From: the human T2T-CHM13v2.0 reference genome, Homo sapiens
Assembly (NCBI RefSeq): GCF_009914755.1
Contig: NC_060927.1
DNA length: 64,000 nucleotides
Reading direction: 5' to 3' (one strand)
Under the pieces are notes generated by a model. That model saw only the letters and a program-made list of their open reading frames with translations, did no database searches and had not been told where the DNA came from. How positions within the stretch are numbered: the stretch's first letter is position 1; the number at the start of each line of letters is the position of its first letter. This document shows, piece by piece, positions 43,671 to 60,406 of the stretch. The position numbers and the translations under genes were made by a program.

Positions 43671-43943
43671 CCTCTTTACTCCTATATCCTCTTTCCCTTC
43701 TCGAGTCTGGCACATATTAAATGATCTCTAAGAATGTAGAACTATTATTTGATCCAGCAATCCCACTGCTGGGCATCTATCCAAAGGAAAAAATTATTAT
43801 ATTCAAAAGATACTTACATATATTTGTTACAGCACTAAGTGCTGCAATATGGAACCAACCTTATTGTCTATCAATGGATAATTGGATAAAGAAAATGTGG
43901 TGTGTGTGTATATATATACATAAATAGGGGGTGGGGATGGGTA

Positions 43944-43979
<36 letters not shown>

Positions 43980-44182
43980 ATCATTTTGCTAGACAAGTTC
44001 TATATTTTATTCCCCGATGTGCTCAAATACTGTGTGTGTGTGTATGTGTGTATTTTTAAGTAAATGTGTGCCAAAATTCCATGAGGAGACAATTGCACAG
44101 GGGAAAAAGTCAAGAATGTGAAATTCCCTGAATTATATTTCTTCTGTTGGATTTGAAACTCCAGGGGGCAATGACTATCTAT
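43980..44182 (+). repeat. Inserted copy of 43459-43670 inside the L1
   Basis: About 8 substitutions outside the TG tract relative to the donor copy. Confidence 0.97.
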
Positions 44183-44183
44183 G

Positions 44184-44231
<48 letters not shown>
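44184..44231. repeat. (TATC)12 tetranucleotide microsatellite
   Basis: 12 perfect TATC units counted directly. Confidence 0.95.
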
Positions 44232-44234
<3 letters not shown>

Positions 44235-44809
44235 ATACACACACGCTATGGAATACTCTTCAGCTGTAGAAAAGAATGAAATCATGTCTTTGCAGAATCA
44301 TGGATGGACCTGGAGGTAATTATCTAAGTGAAACAAGTCGAACACAGATAGACAAATATCACCTGTTCTTACTTATAAGTGGAAGCTAAATAATGTATAC
44401 ATGTAGATGTAGAATGTGGAATGATAGGCAATGGAGACTCAGAAGGGTGAGGGAGTGGATGATGAAAAATTATTTAACGAATACAATGTAAGTTATTCGA
44501 GTGATGGATACTCTTTATAAAAGTGTTGATTTCACCACTATGCAATCTATGCAAGTAACAAAAGTGTACTTATACCCCATAAATTTATTGAAATTAAAAA
44601 ATAAAAAATAAAAGGCAAATGTAAGTATGGTTTGTTAAAAAATGTATGGAATGAATGCATCATTCATATAAAATATACGGACTGAACACTCAACATTAAT
44701 GATGAGTGATAATTCATTCATTGGATAAATATTTGTAAATTTCCTACTGTGTAGATTTAGCTCTGCAATGCCACTGCCACTGTTCATAAGAAGTTAAGCA
44801 TCTTAACTA

Positions 44810-45050
44810 TAACAACAGCTACATTAATAGAGTATTTAATCTGTCAGGTGCTATTCTGTGTATTTCACAGACATTACTCATTTAATCCTCAGAAACCCCA
44901 AGGAGGCAGGCACCACTATTCCCATTTTGCAGATAAGAAAGTTAATTCTTAGAGAAGTGAAGTGTCTTTCCCCTTATAAGCAGAAAAGGCAGAATTCCAG
45001 CCTAGATTTGTCTGCCTCCAAAGACTGTGCTCTTAACCACACCACCCTTC
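44810..45050 (-). mobile_element. MIR
   Basis: acaacagctacattaatagagtattta...tcatttaatcctcagaaacccc...attcccattttgcagataagaaa...gcctccaaagactgtgctcttaaccac. Confidence 0.8.
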
Positions 45051-46069
45051 TATTCTTAGTTGGATGATTGGAGGTGGGGTTACAATAAAAGACAATGATC
45101 AAAGAACTTCGGGTCCCAGAGACATACATGATGAAGTGTCAAGGGGCTATTGGTAAGGGTACAAGGGATGAATTCAGAGCCAGGAGTGACAATAGAAGGT
45201 GGCAATGGAGGTATAGGGGTTGAGGTCACTCTTGGAAGGAGAGTGGGGTATCTCCTGTAAAATGAGGCATTCCAGGGATGGAGGCTAAGGAGGAGGCAGC
45301 ACTGTACCCTCCAAGCACACAGGTTGGAGTAGAAACCCATGGAGAAGAAACATACAGACTCAGGAGTATATGACTCAGGAGCTTGCAGGAGATTTAGCTG
45401 GAAGCAAACCACACCAGGGAAGCCCACACAGCCCCCTGCAATGATGCCTCAGGAGTGTCCTGCAAACAACTCTCATGTTCCTCACACAAGCCGGTCTCCT
45501 TTGTTCTCTAGCTCAGCCAACAAAACCCTGTGAGTCATGCCCTGGCCCCCTCATATCTGTTCTTAGCCAGTTGTCTGCAGACACTCAGGAAGGAGGACAG
45601 ATGAAAGATGAAATTACCTATCTGGGTTTCAGGGCAGGCTGGGCCAACTGTGATAACTGATAGGGAAATCTCTGGAATTCAGGTTCAGTTTGGAGAGTCA
45701 CCAGGAAGTGGATTACAGCTAATGAGAGGTTATATGACTCAACTCCAGCACCATGCGCAGGAACAGTGGGAACGGAGGCGATGGCTAATATAGAACTACT
45801 CTCTTGGTGGGCTGGGAACACTTACCCGTGGTCCTCGTCTCTTCCTTGAGTCTAGGGAGCCATGGCTGCCATTTCTCCTTCCTGCCTCCTCCCCAGGAAG
45901 AAATGGTCTTCAGCCTCCCCTCTCAGGCCTGTTTGAGAAACAGGAGTAGGAGACCCTGCATAGGTATCATGACTGTGTAGGTTTGTGAGCCCTTGTCAGG
46001 CTCTGCGCAACAAGTTGAATTCCTTGCTCACCAAGAAGTAACACTTATCCTCTAGTAAAAAAAAAAAAA

Positions 46070-46354
46070 TTGAGACAGAGTCTCGCTCTGTCACTCAGGC
46101 TGGAGTGCAGTGGCGCGATCTCAGCTCACTGCAACCTCCGCCTCCTGGGTTCAAGAGATTCTCTATTGCCTCAGCCTCCTGAGTAGCTGGGACTACAGGC
46201 ACCTGCCACTACACCCAGCTAAATTTTGTATTTTTAGCAGAGACAGGTTTCACCATGTTGGCCAGGCTGGTCTCGAACTCCTGACCTCAAGTAATCCACC
46301 TGCCTCAGCCTCCCAAAGTGCTGGGATTACAGGTGTGAACCGTCACACCCAGCC
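46070..46354 (-). mobile_element. Alu (AluS-type)
   Basis: tgagacagagtctcgctctgtc...ggattacaggtgtgaaccgtcacacccagcc, with TSD ctctagtaaaa on both sides. Confidence 0.95.
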
Positions 46355-46567
46355 CTCTAGTAAAATTCTTTAAGTGAAATTTAACATAAGATGGAATGAT
46401 AAATGCCCAGGGGAAAGACACCAAACCTATATGCCAGACCCAGTGCTAAACACTTTACCTGGAACCATCTAGTATAATCATGATTATAACAACCCTACAA
46501 GGCAGGTGCCACGATCATTCTTATTTACAGATGAGAGAACTGAGGCAGAGCAAGGATAAGCACATCT

Positions 46568-47432
46568 GATTCTGCTACAATGCACGTTTGTTCCAACATG
46601 GTTGATGTGTGTTATGAGCCACGCCATCCTCAACTGGTGCTACAACTTTCCCTAGGATTCCAGATAACCAGCTCCTGCCACTTCACAGTAGCTGGCAAGT
46701 TGCAACCCTTTCCACCTCACTTCCATAGGCAAACCCTAGGTCTTTTTCCAGGCGGAGTGCCATATTTATTGTTGTATTTATGTTATTTTTTAGCAATTTA
46801 TCAAGTGTAAAGTTGTCTACTGGTTTTTTTTTAGTGTCAAATTAAATTTGGCCTAAAGCTGTCTCCATATCTTGAGTCCATATGTATCAAAACGCAACCT
46901 AACTTACAAGTATATTCTTGTGACAAATAGCTGAGTCTCAGCCCATCATAGCGGCTGAGCTTCAGCCAATTACAGGCTGCCAAATGATCACACCATGTCA
47001 AATAAGGCAAACTACCAAACTATAACAAATCAGGCTATTGTTACACCTCACTTCCTTACTCTGTCTATAAATACTGACTGCCCCCCACATGGCTGCATGA
47101 AGCCTTCTCAAGCTCTCCTGTGTAACAAGTCAAATCCCTTGCTCACCAAGAAGTAACACTCATTGTCTAGTAAAATTACTTAAGTCAAATTTTGGGGGCT
47201 TCCCAATTCATGAATCATTCTTTGCTGAAATAAACTCTACTAAATTTAATTTATCTAAACTTTTTCTTTTAACATTAGGTTTCTATCTTTTTTTTTTTAA
47301 CATGTCATTGAAAAAGTGGTTTTGTGTTGTGCCCTGAGCCCCATTTTCCTCATAAGCTCTGTGGTTTGTATTGCCCAATTTAGCATAATGCAGTGATTTT
47401 ATGGAACATACATGTTGTGTTAAAGAATAGCT
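46568..47432. mobile_element. Ancient Tigger-type (TcMar) non-autonomous element split by the MER57 LTR
   Basis: attctgctacaatgcacgtttgttccaacatggttgat ... ccccattttcctcataagctctgtgg...ggaacatacatgttgtgttaaagaatag resembles old Tigger/MamRep termini. Family assigned from memory. Confidence 0.45.
46835..47274 (+). mobile_element. MER57-family ERV1 solo LTR
   Basis: tgtcaaattaaatttggcctaaagctg...aaataaggcaaac...cctcacttcc...tataaat...aataaactct...tttttcttttaaca, with 4-bp TSD ttag (46831-46834 / 47275-47278). Confidence 0.88.
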
Positions 47433-48936
47433 ATTTGCCAAGGTTACGTGGCTAGGTAGTGGCCCAGCAGGGATTCAAACAAAACTTGCTAGGGAACCCA
47501 GCCTAGCTTCTTAATCTCTGTATCTTCCTGCATTGGTACACATGTTCTCTTTTAATCTTCACAGCATCCTTAAGAGGTCTTATTATTCCTATTACACAGT
47601 TGAAGAAATTGGGATTCAGAAATTACTACTAAAAGCTTCAATGGAATTAACCAAACATGGTAACTGAAATTTACAGTCAAGTCTGTTTACTTCTGAAGCA
47701 CTTACCCAAACCAGGACTTCAGCAGTCTGTATAAATAGTAAGGGTTTGTGCTAAAGGGATAATGCCACAGGTCTACGCATATCTTCATTGACAGTTACCA
47801 ATTCAGCTCTTCTTGACTGGGTAAAGAATGAGTCCTCGACATCTAGAGCCATTATCTGAACTATTTATCCATTCCCTTGCTTCTTTGCTGTTGCTTTTGT
47901 TCATTCATCCTGTCCTTCATCAAGTATTGAGTCCACAGATATCATATACCTAACGTTTAGATCTTAAGTATTGCTTTAGAGTTGCCTTCTATAATTCATG
48001 CCCCACCCGATCAAGTAGAAGGTTCTTTTATTAATAGCACCCTTTGTCTCCCTTCCCCAGTACTTACCACTAGCAATGATGGTATGATTATTTGTAAAGA
48101 GTTCTTGATGATCTTCCCCACTGTGATGGTACATTCAACGAGAACAGAACACGTCAGCATCCAGTGCCATAACCTGACAAATAGTAGCTGCTCAATAAAT
48201 CCTTGACTGTTTTACCAATGACCTTAGATCTGGCACTGATAGAAAAAGAAGCCCACAGAACATCTTCAACCTAGACAAGTGCCTCTTCAACAAATAAAGT
48301 TTTAAAGGTTATTGAAATTCTTGAGCTAGAAGGATATATCCCTGCAGTGAGTTCAAGGAAGGACTGTAAAGAAAAAGTAGCTGACAGACAGAAAACTGAT
48401 CCACAACAACTTCTATAAACGGACCATGAAATAATCAGGTTCCTTGGTCTTTTATTTGTTTCTGGATGGAGTCCCAGGCAGGGAAGATAACCTTCACCTC
48501 AGAACAATGTGGCGCATCATCTGTAAATGTAATGAGATGATGAATTATTCCAATGTCATTATGCTCATGATTTATGGGGAGACATTATCTGCTAAAAGCC
48601 CAGGCTGAAGGAATATTGATTTCACTTTTACTGAGACAGCCATTTAAAACTTTTTAAAGACAGCAAATGATTGCTTAAAAGACCAACTTCAAAAAGGCCA
48701 CTTTCAAACTGTTCGGTGGGGAGTGGTGGGGAAGCGGAAATGGTGATGCAGCTCCTTTAAGACCCAGCTGAGCAAAGTTAGGTCCTCCTGCTCTATATTC
48801 TCCAGCAACACCTTGTACTTCTTCTTTGCAGCACTTGGCTGCATGCACAGGATTTAATACCAGATTATTCTTTAGAAACCTTACATGTTCAAAGCTGAAT
48901 TCTATTTTGTCTGGGGAAATCATTTTCTGTCCTTTA

Positions 48937-49332
<396 letters not shown>

Positions 49333-49740
49333 TCACTTAGATGAAATAACACTATTTTCTAAATCACATACTCTTATGCTGATAACCAATTAGGCTTCCC
49401 CTAGAATACAGAAAGACCGTACATAGTGAATTTTTTAAAAGGGAGAAATGACAATATGGAACAGGGTGGTAGATTTGGATCCATGCTAGTGAACTGGAAG
49501 AAATATTTTTTCTGTAGCATTTTATACTCTACGGCTTGGTTTTCTAACACACAAAAGGATGGATGGAAATTAATATGTCAGGCACTTAGTAACCATATTT
49601 ATTTAATCCTCCCAACAAGTTTTCAGAATAGCACTGATTGTCTTGTTTCATAGATAAGGAAACTGAGGCCTGGGGATGGTAAGTCCAAGTTTATAATAAT
49701 GGTTGGCAGTACCTGAATTTGAACCAATGGCTCCTATTTC

Positions 49741-50070
49741 TTTTTTCTTTCTTTCTTTCTTTTTTTTTTTTTTTTTTTTTGAGACGGAGTCTCGCTCTGT
49801 CGCCCAGGCTGGAGTGCAGTGGCGCGATCTCGGCTCACTGAAAGCTCCGCCTCCCAGGTTCACGCCATTCTCCTGCCTCAGCCTCCCGAGTAGCTGGGAC
49901 TACAAGTGCCCGCCACCACGCCCGGCAAATTTTTTTGTATTTTTATATTTTTAGTAGAAACGGGGTTTCACCATGTTGGCCAGGCTGGTCTTGAACCCCT
50001 GACCTCATGATCCACCCACCTTGGCCTCCCAAAGTGCTGGGATTACAGGCGTGAGCCAGCGCGCCTAGCC
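49741..50070 (-). mobile_element. Alu, CpG-rich (AluY-like right monomer), inserted in a MIR
   Basis: aagctccgcctcccaggttcacgccattctcc, TSD ctcctatttct. Confidence 0.95.
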
Positions 50071-50091
50071 AGGACTCCTATTTCTAAACTG

Positions 50092-50300
50092 AGTTGGCTT
50101 CTAATCCCAAACTTAACAGGACATGGTCTGAAGACTAAAATTTTCTCCACGGTTGAGAGCGCCTGATCAACACAGAACTGCTCGCTCTTCCCAAGAAACC
50201 CCTTCCTGCCTCTGGGTTCATAAGATCAGATGTTCTCAGCCATGGAGAAAATTTTAGTCTTCAGACCATGTTGTTTTAAGTTGGAGATTAGAAGCCAACT
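50092..50300. repeat. Inverted repeat: 77-bp arms (50092-50168 / 50224-50300), 55-bp spacer
   Basis: agttggcttctaatc...catggtctgaagactaaaattttctcca...ctgatc vs gatcag...tggagaaaattttagtcttcagaccatg...gattagaagccaact. ~85% match with no gaps. Confidence 0.95.
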
Positions 50301-50599
50301 TTTTTTTCCTCCGCTTGGTCAATTATGCATAGCTTTTCCTCCTTGTTTTTCTTTAAGGCTAGTCAGCTGAATAAATATAATCCCTTCTTGGTCTTGTATA
50401 CCAGATATTAATTCCTTTTTTCCTAGGTTAGGATTCTCTACCATAAAATGAACATCCTGAAGTTGAAGGGGATCTTATAAAGACTCTACCTTAGGCACCA
50501 CAATTTGGTTATGCATGGGCTGAATAAAACCCCAGATGTGTTTTTTGTTATTGTAGTTTATTTAGTTTTCTTTTAGCTAGCATATTCTCTTATATATAT

Positions 50600-55050
<4,451 letters not shown>

Positions 55051-55422
55051 ATTCTAAGTTTGATTTCAAATACCTTTAGTCACAGCAGTTACTATCCAGT
55101 TGACCACCTGGCCTACTACACCCTATTATCTTATGACAGGATGCTTCTCATATTCTTTTGTAAAATCCTTTCCAAAATAGCCATGAATCTCCCAACTCTA
55201 TACTCAGCCCCTGCTTTATTTCTTTAATAGCATACATCCCTTTTTACCTTATATATTTATAGCTTTGTTCATTTTCTGTATTCCCTCTCTAGTATATGAG
55301 CTACATGAGAGCAGAAATTTTGCCTCTATCGTTCACCAGTGTATAACCAGAACCCAGAACATACCTGACATTTGTTAAATGTTCAGTATATATTGAATGT
55401 ACTTTGATTACTATCTCTCCAT

Positions 55423-55493
55423 CTGTGGCTGACACGATGAGTTGTTTTCCAACAGCATTCACTTCTTCTTTAGGAGGCACTAATGACATCCAG

Positions 55494-55524
<31 letters not shown>

Positions 55525-56680
55525 CCCAGGCACCCTTGCAGCTATATGTAGCCATGTAACCAAATTTTGACCAATGAGTTAAAATGGAAGTATTATGTGG
55601 AACATCTAGTGAGCCTCTGCTTTAGTTTCCTGTGGCTGCTATAAGAAATCACCACGAACTTGGTGGTTTAAAACAAAAGAGATTTATTATTTTACAGTTC
55701 TAGAGTTCAGAAGTCCAAAATTAGTTTCGCTGGGCTGAAATCAAAGTGTCATCAGGCCATGCTCCCTTTGGAGACTCTAGAGAGGAATTCATCTCCTTGC
55801 ATTTTCCAGTTTCCAGAGCTGCATTACTTGTCTCCTTTCTCTATTTTCAAAGCCAACAGTGTCGTATCTTACTTTGGTCATCATGTTGCCTACTGTCTCT
55901 GCTACAATCAAGTCTCCCTCTCCCTCCCTCTTACAATGACACTTGTAGTTGCATTATTCTTACCTGTGTAACTGAGGATAAACTCTCAATTTGAAGATCC
56001 TTAATTTAATCACATCTGCAAAGTCCCTTTTGCCATATAAGGTAATATTCACAGGTTGTAAAACTTAGGACATGGATGTCTTGAGGGACCATTAACCAGC
56101 CTCCTGCAGGCTCCTGCTGGTCAAACTCAGCATGTAATGGCTGGAACTCCAGCAGCTACTTGGAGCATGAGGATGACGGCCACAGCCTAGGGATGGCTTC
56201 GTGTAAAACTAGGAGGAATATGGAACCCTAAAGAGTTTTGGACCCCACCAAAACCACTCTAAATTGGCACTGTAATTTTGTTTAGCCAGTAAAATGTGGG
56301 AGAGTCTAGGTGGTTCTCTTTCCAAACCTAGTCCTCCAGAGGCCTTGCAACTTCTGCTTTCTCTTAGAACCCTAAACCCTATCTGGGAACGTCTAGAATA
56401 GTCTATTGAAAGATGAATGACATGTGATCCAGTCACTGCATTGCCCTAAGACAAGAGCTGGACAACCACCAGGTATGTGACTGAGGCCATCCTATACCAG
56501 CCAGCCCCAGCCAATCTGCCAGCTAATCACAGACGTGTGACCAAGGCCAGCCAAGATCAGCCAAACCTGGCTCAGAGCAGCAGAATTGCCCAGCCAACCC
56601 ACAGACCCTTAAAGAATAATAAATTATTATTATTCTACACCTCTGTAGTTTGTTATACTACAATAGCTCATTGATAAAGC
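55423..56680. mobile_element. Nested MaLR LTRs: old MLT1J-like (+; 55423-55617, 56109-~56240), MLT1D-like (-; 55618-56108), MLT1H-like (+; ~56400-56680)
   Basis: ttcccaggcacccttgcagctatatgtagccatgtaacc; ttagtttcctgtggctgctataagaaatcaccac...aatcacatctgcaaagtcccttttgccatataaggtaa; gaattgcccagccaacccacaga...tttgttatactacaatagctcattgata. Confidence 0.75.
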
Positions 56681-56899
56681 TGCCAAAAAGAATAGCATCA
56701 AAATGTGTTATATATATAAAATATAAATCATCTGGAGATTATATGCAATTTTGAATGATCTTTTACTTTTTACTTCATCTAAATATGATATGCATAAACT
56801 ATTGATATACAAGATAATTTTTAAATAACATGAGTAAACTTTTAAAATTTTGAATAGATATGTACTTAAATTAATGTATATTAGAAAACACTTGTTTTC

Positions 56900-57350
56900 G
56901 TTTCTTTTTGCTAACTTTCATTTTAGGTTCAGGGGTACATGTGTAGGTTTGTTAAACAGGTAAACTTCTGTCACAGGGGTTTGTTTTACAGATTATTTTT
57001 TCACCTGGGTACTAAGCCTAGTACTTAATAGTTATTTTTTTCTGATCCTCTCCTTCCTCCCACCCTCTACCCTCAAGTTGGCCCCAGTGCCTGTTGCTCC
57101 TCTCTTTGTGTCCATGTATTCTAATAATTTAGCTTCCACTTATAAGTGAGAACATTTGGTATTTAGTTTTGTGTTCCTGCATTAGTTTGCTAATAATAAT
57201 GACCTCCAGCTCCATTTATGTTCCTGCGAAGGACATGATCTTGTTCTTTTTTTATGGCTGCATAGCAATCCATGGTGTACATGTACCACATTTTCTTTAT
57301 CCAGTCTACCATTGATGGGCATTTAGGTTGATTCTATGCCTTTGCTACTG
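56900..57350 (-). mobile_element. L1PA (older, PA13-16-like) 3' end with TSD
   Basis: ttttaggttcaggggtacatgtgtaggtttgtt...gatgggcatttaggttgattc, with aaaacacttgttttc on both sides. Confidence 0.92.
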
Positions 57351-59323
57351 AAAAACACTTGTTTTCTATGCACAATAGTCACATGAAATTTTTGCCCTAA
57401 ATAAACTTTTTAAGGCAAATAAGTATCCCATTTAGAAAATATTAAACAATGGTACAGGTTGTAAGCAGAAATAGTAAAATCTATGAAATTGTGAAATGAA
57501 TACCTGAGGTCTGGGAAGCATTGTAAGAAGGTAGCTGACCTAAAGTTGGCTGGGACACTTAAAGCTTTACCAAGGCACCTTATCTAAGCATTTGGCAATT
57601 CTTGGAGTATACTGCCCTGAAGGAATTTTTATTCTAAGTCTGGGGCAACAAAACTAGTTTGAGGCAGGTTGATGGGATGAAAAAAAATTTGTCAGATAAA
57701 TTCAATTTTGCAGGCCTAGCTTATATCTGTATATATGCAGACATACATTACTTAGTGTTTACACAGAGTCTTATCTGAGGATCTCAGTACCCTTCACAGG
57801 CTTTAATTAAACACCACAATACCCCTGATGAAACAGCTATTATTTTAGATGGGTAAATTGAGACACTCTTAATCAAGGCTCCTGAAAATGATGAGGCAAT
57901 CTGCCTAAGGACAAACAGGAAATGATTATCTAAGCTGTGAAGAGAAGCTGCTAGTCTTTCTCTTTGGTTCAGACTTTAACCACCTAACCACAGAGCCTGA
58001 GGGAGGAGAAAATTGCCTGCTTTTAAGTGTTTCTCAGAGTAGTGTGAGATTGTCTCTCTCCCTGCACCTTACTCTTATTAAAGAAGGAAAGAAGTTGCTT
58101 GCTTGCCCTTTTCTTTTCTTTTTCGGTCACAGATAAATAAGCTCCTTGTTCCTTTCCAGAGAGAGTATATCCCAAACAAAGACCTTTTTCACAAGTGTTT
58201 TGGAACTACCTACCTGTTGCATTGAGGCAGACACCAAGAGTTTCTGCTTTTAGGGAGCATTTTAATCCCTTATCTTAAAAAGCTTTGTCAGCATCAACAG
58301 GCTTGAAGCTGTGTGTTTTCCCTGCCAGGGGGAACAATTCTCAGCCAAACATAATATTAGGCTCATTTAGACTTCCCGGAACCTTGGGTTCAAATCCTGC
58401 CAGGTTTCATCTTGGACCTTCATCTCTTCACATTAGATAAATGGAGCAGAAGATAGTTTACATGTCAGATTTCTTGGCCAAGATTTTGGAAGTCAATGAT
58501 CTAATTTAAAAGTATTGGTTCTTTGAGAAAAGTTGTTGAGTTTACTTTGGATCATGAGATCAAAGCTAAATACTGCTAGTTAAGCACCTCTTTAAAAGGA
58601 CTAATAATATTTTCTTTTGGAAGTTTTTGCCAGGTTTTTAAAAAATGGCAGCTGTACATGAATGTTGTGTAGATTACCAGATAAGTTTTTTTGTATTGTT
58701 CACCTTACACTGAAACACACACATACACACTTGAATTATTCTTAATATACATTATTTACTTGTATCTTTTGTTAGATGGTCATAGCAACCTAGAACCATT
58801 GATTCATGGAGTTTCTAGCAAAAGGTCATTAGGAACTAATGGAAGTGTTAGGAGGAAGATGAGCTCAGTTTTGATGATGATTATTCACATGACTTTCATT
58901 GACTTTGAAGAAGTGTCTGGATGAAGCTGGATGAAGACTGACAATCACTGCCCATCTTATACAGCAACTGTGAACAGACTGTATGTGAATGCATTCTATA
59001 AACTATGGAGAGTTATGAAGCTATAAAGGGTTATTTATTTATGCAATGATTCTTAGTACATTCATTACTTACATTTAATATCTGCTTTCAATGTTATACT
59101 GAAAAAAATGTATACTCCTAAATAATTCAAACTCTTCCTATTGTGTTTTATTCAGCACACTACTTGGTTATGAGTAACAGAAACTTTATCTTAAATCGTC
59201 TTAAAAAGAAAAAGATAATTGGTTGGCTTGTGACAGGGCCAGATTCAGTGGGCAAGAAGGTATCATTGACATAATGCAATTATTACTGTCACTTTCCTTA
59301 ATGCCATCTAAAATTATCTTTCT

Positions 59324-59931
59324 AGATTTCTCAAAGAACTTAAAATAGAACTACCATTTGACCCAGCAATCCCAATACTAGGTATATATTCAAAAGAAAA
59401 TAAATCAGTCTACCAAAAAGACACATACACCTATGTTCATCGCAGCACTATTCACAATAGCAAAGACAGGGAATCAACCCAGGTACCCATTAACAGTTGA
59501 CTGGATAAAGAAAATGTGCTACATATACACCCTGGAGTAGTACACAGCCATAAAAAGAAGGAAATCATGTCCTTTGCAGCAACATGGATGTAGCTAGAGA
59601 TAATTATCTTAAGTGAATTAATGCAGGAAAAAAAAACAAATAGTACATGTTCTTATTTATAAGTGAGACCTAATCACTGGGTACTCATGGACATAAAGAT
59701 GTCAACAGTAGACACTGCAGACTACTAGAGGTGGGAAAGGGTTGAAAAACTAACAACTGGGCATAGTACTATGAGTATACTACAATGCTCATTACCTGGG
59801 TGATGTGATCATTCATATCTCAAACCTCAGCATCATGAAATAGACCCATGTGACAAACCTGCACATGTACCCGCAAATCTAAAATAAGCTGAAATTACTA
59901 AAAAAAAACCAAAAATTTAAAATAAATAAAA
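59324..59931 (+). mobile_element. L1PB/L1MA-type 3' fragment
   Basis: agatttctcaaagaacttaaaatagaactaccatttgacccagcaatccc...caaacctcagcatcatg...acaaacctgcacatgtaccc + A-rich tail. Confidence 0.92.
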
Positions 59932-60406
59932 CTCTCCTCCTAGGAATATTCATTTACATGCAGATAAAGCATTTATTATCAGTTTTATCTAATATGAAAG
60001 TGGGCTTGAATGGTGTTTGAGCTCTGAGAACAGACAGACTGCCTCCTCACATGGGTCCCTGACCCCTGAGTAGCCTAAGTGGGAGACACATTAGGGGCCG
60101 ACTGACACCTCATACAGCCAGGTGCCCCTCTGAGATGAAGCTTCCAGAGAAAGGATCAGGCAGCAACATTTGCTGTTCTGCAATATTTGCTGTTCTGCAG
60201 CCTCTGCTGGTGATACCCAGGCAAATAGGGTCTGGAGTGGACCTCCAACAAACTCCAACAGATCTGCAGCTGAGGGACCTGACTGTTAGAAGGAAAACTA
60301 ACAAACAGAAAGGAATAGCATCAACAACAACAAAAAGGACATCCACACCAAAACCCCATCTGTAGGTCACCATCATCAAAGACCAAAGGTAGATAAAACC
60401 ACAAAG

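Larger units (their letters stand above)
43730..44612 (+). mobile_element. L1MA-type 3' fragment interrupted by a templated insertion and STRs
   Basis: agaactattatttgatccagcaatcccactgctgggcatctatccaaagg...ggataaagaaaatgtggt [insert] atggaatactcttcagc...ttataccccataaattta + A tail. Confidence 0.92.

Noticed and set aside
60162-60200. 17-bp tandem repeat caa(c/t)atttgctgttctg
   Set aside because: As I recall it is part of the 5'UTR consensus of this L1PA group, not a locus-specific event.
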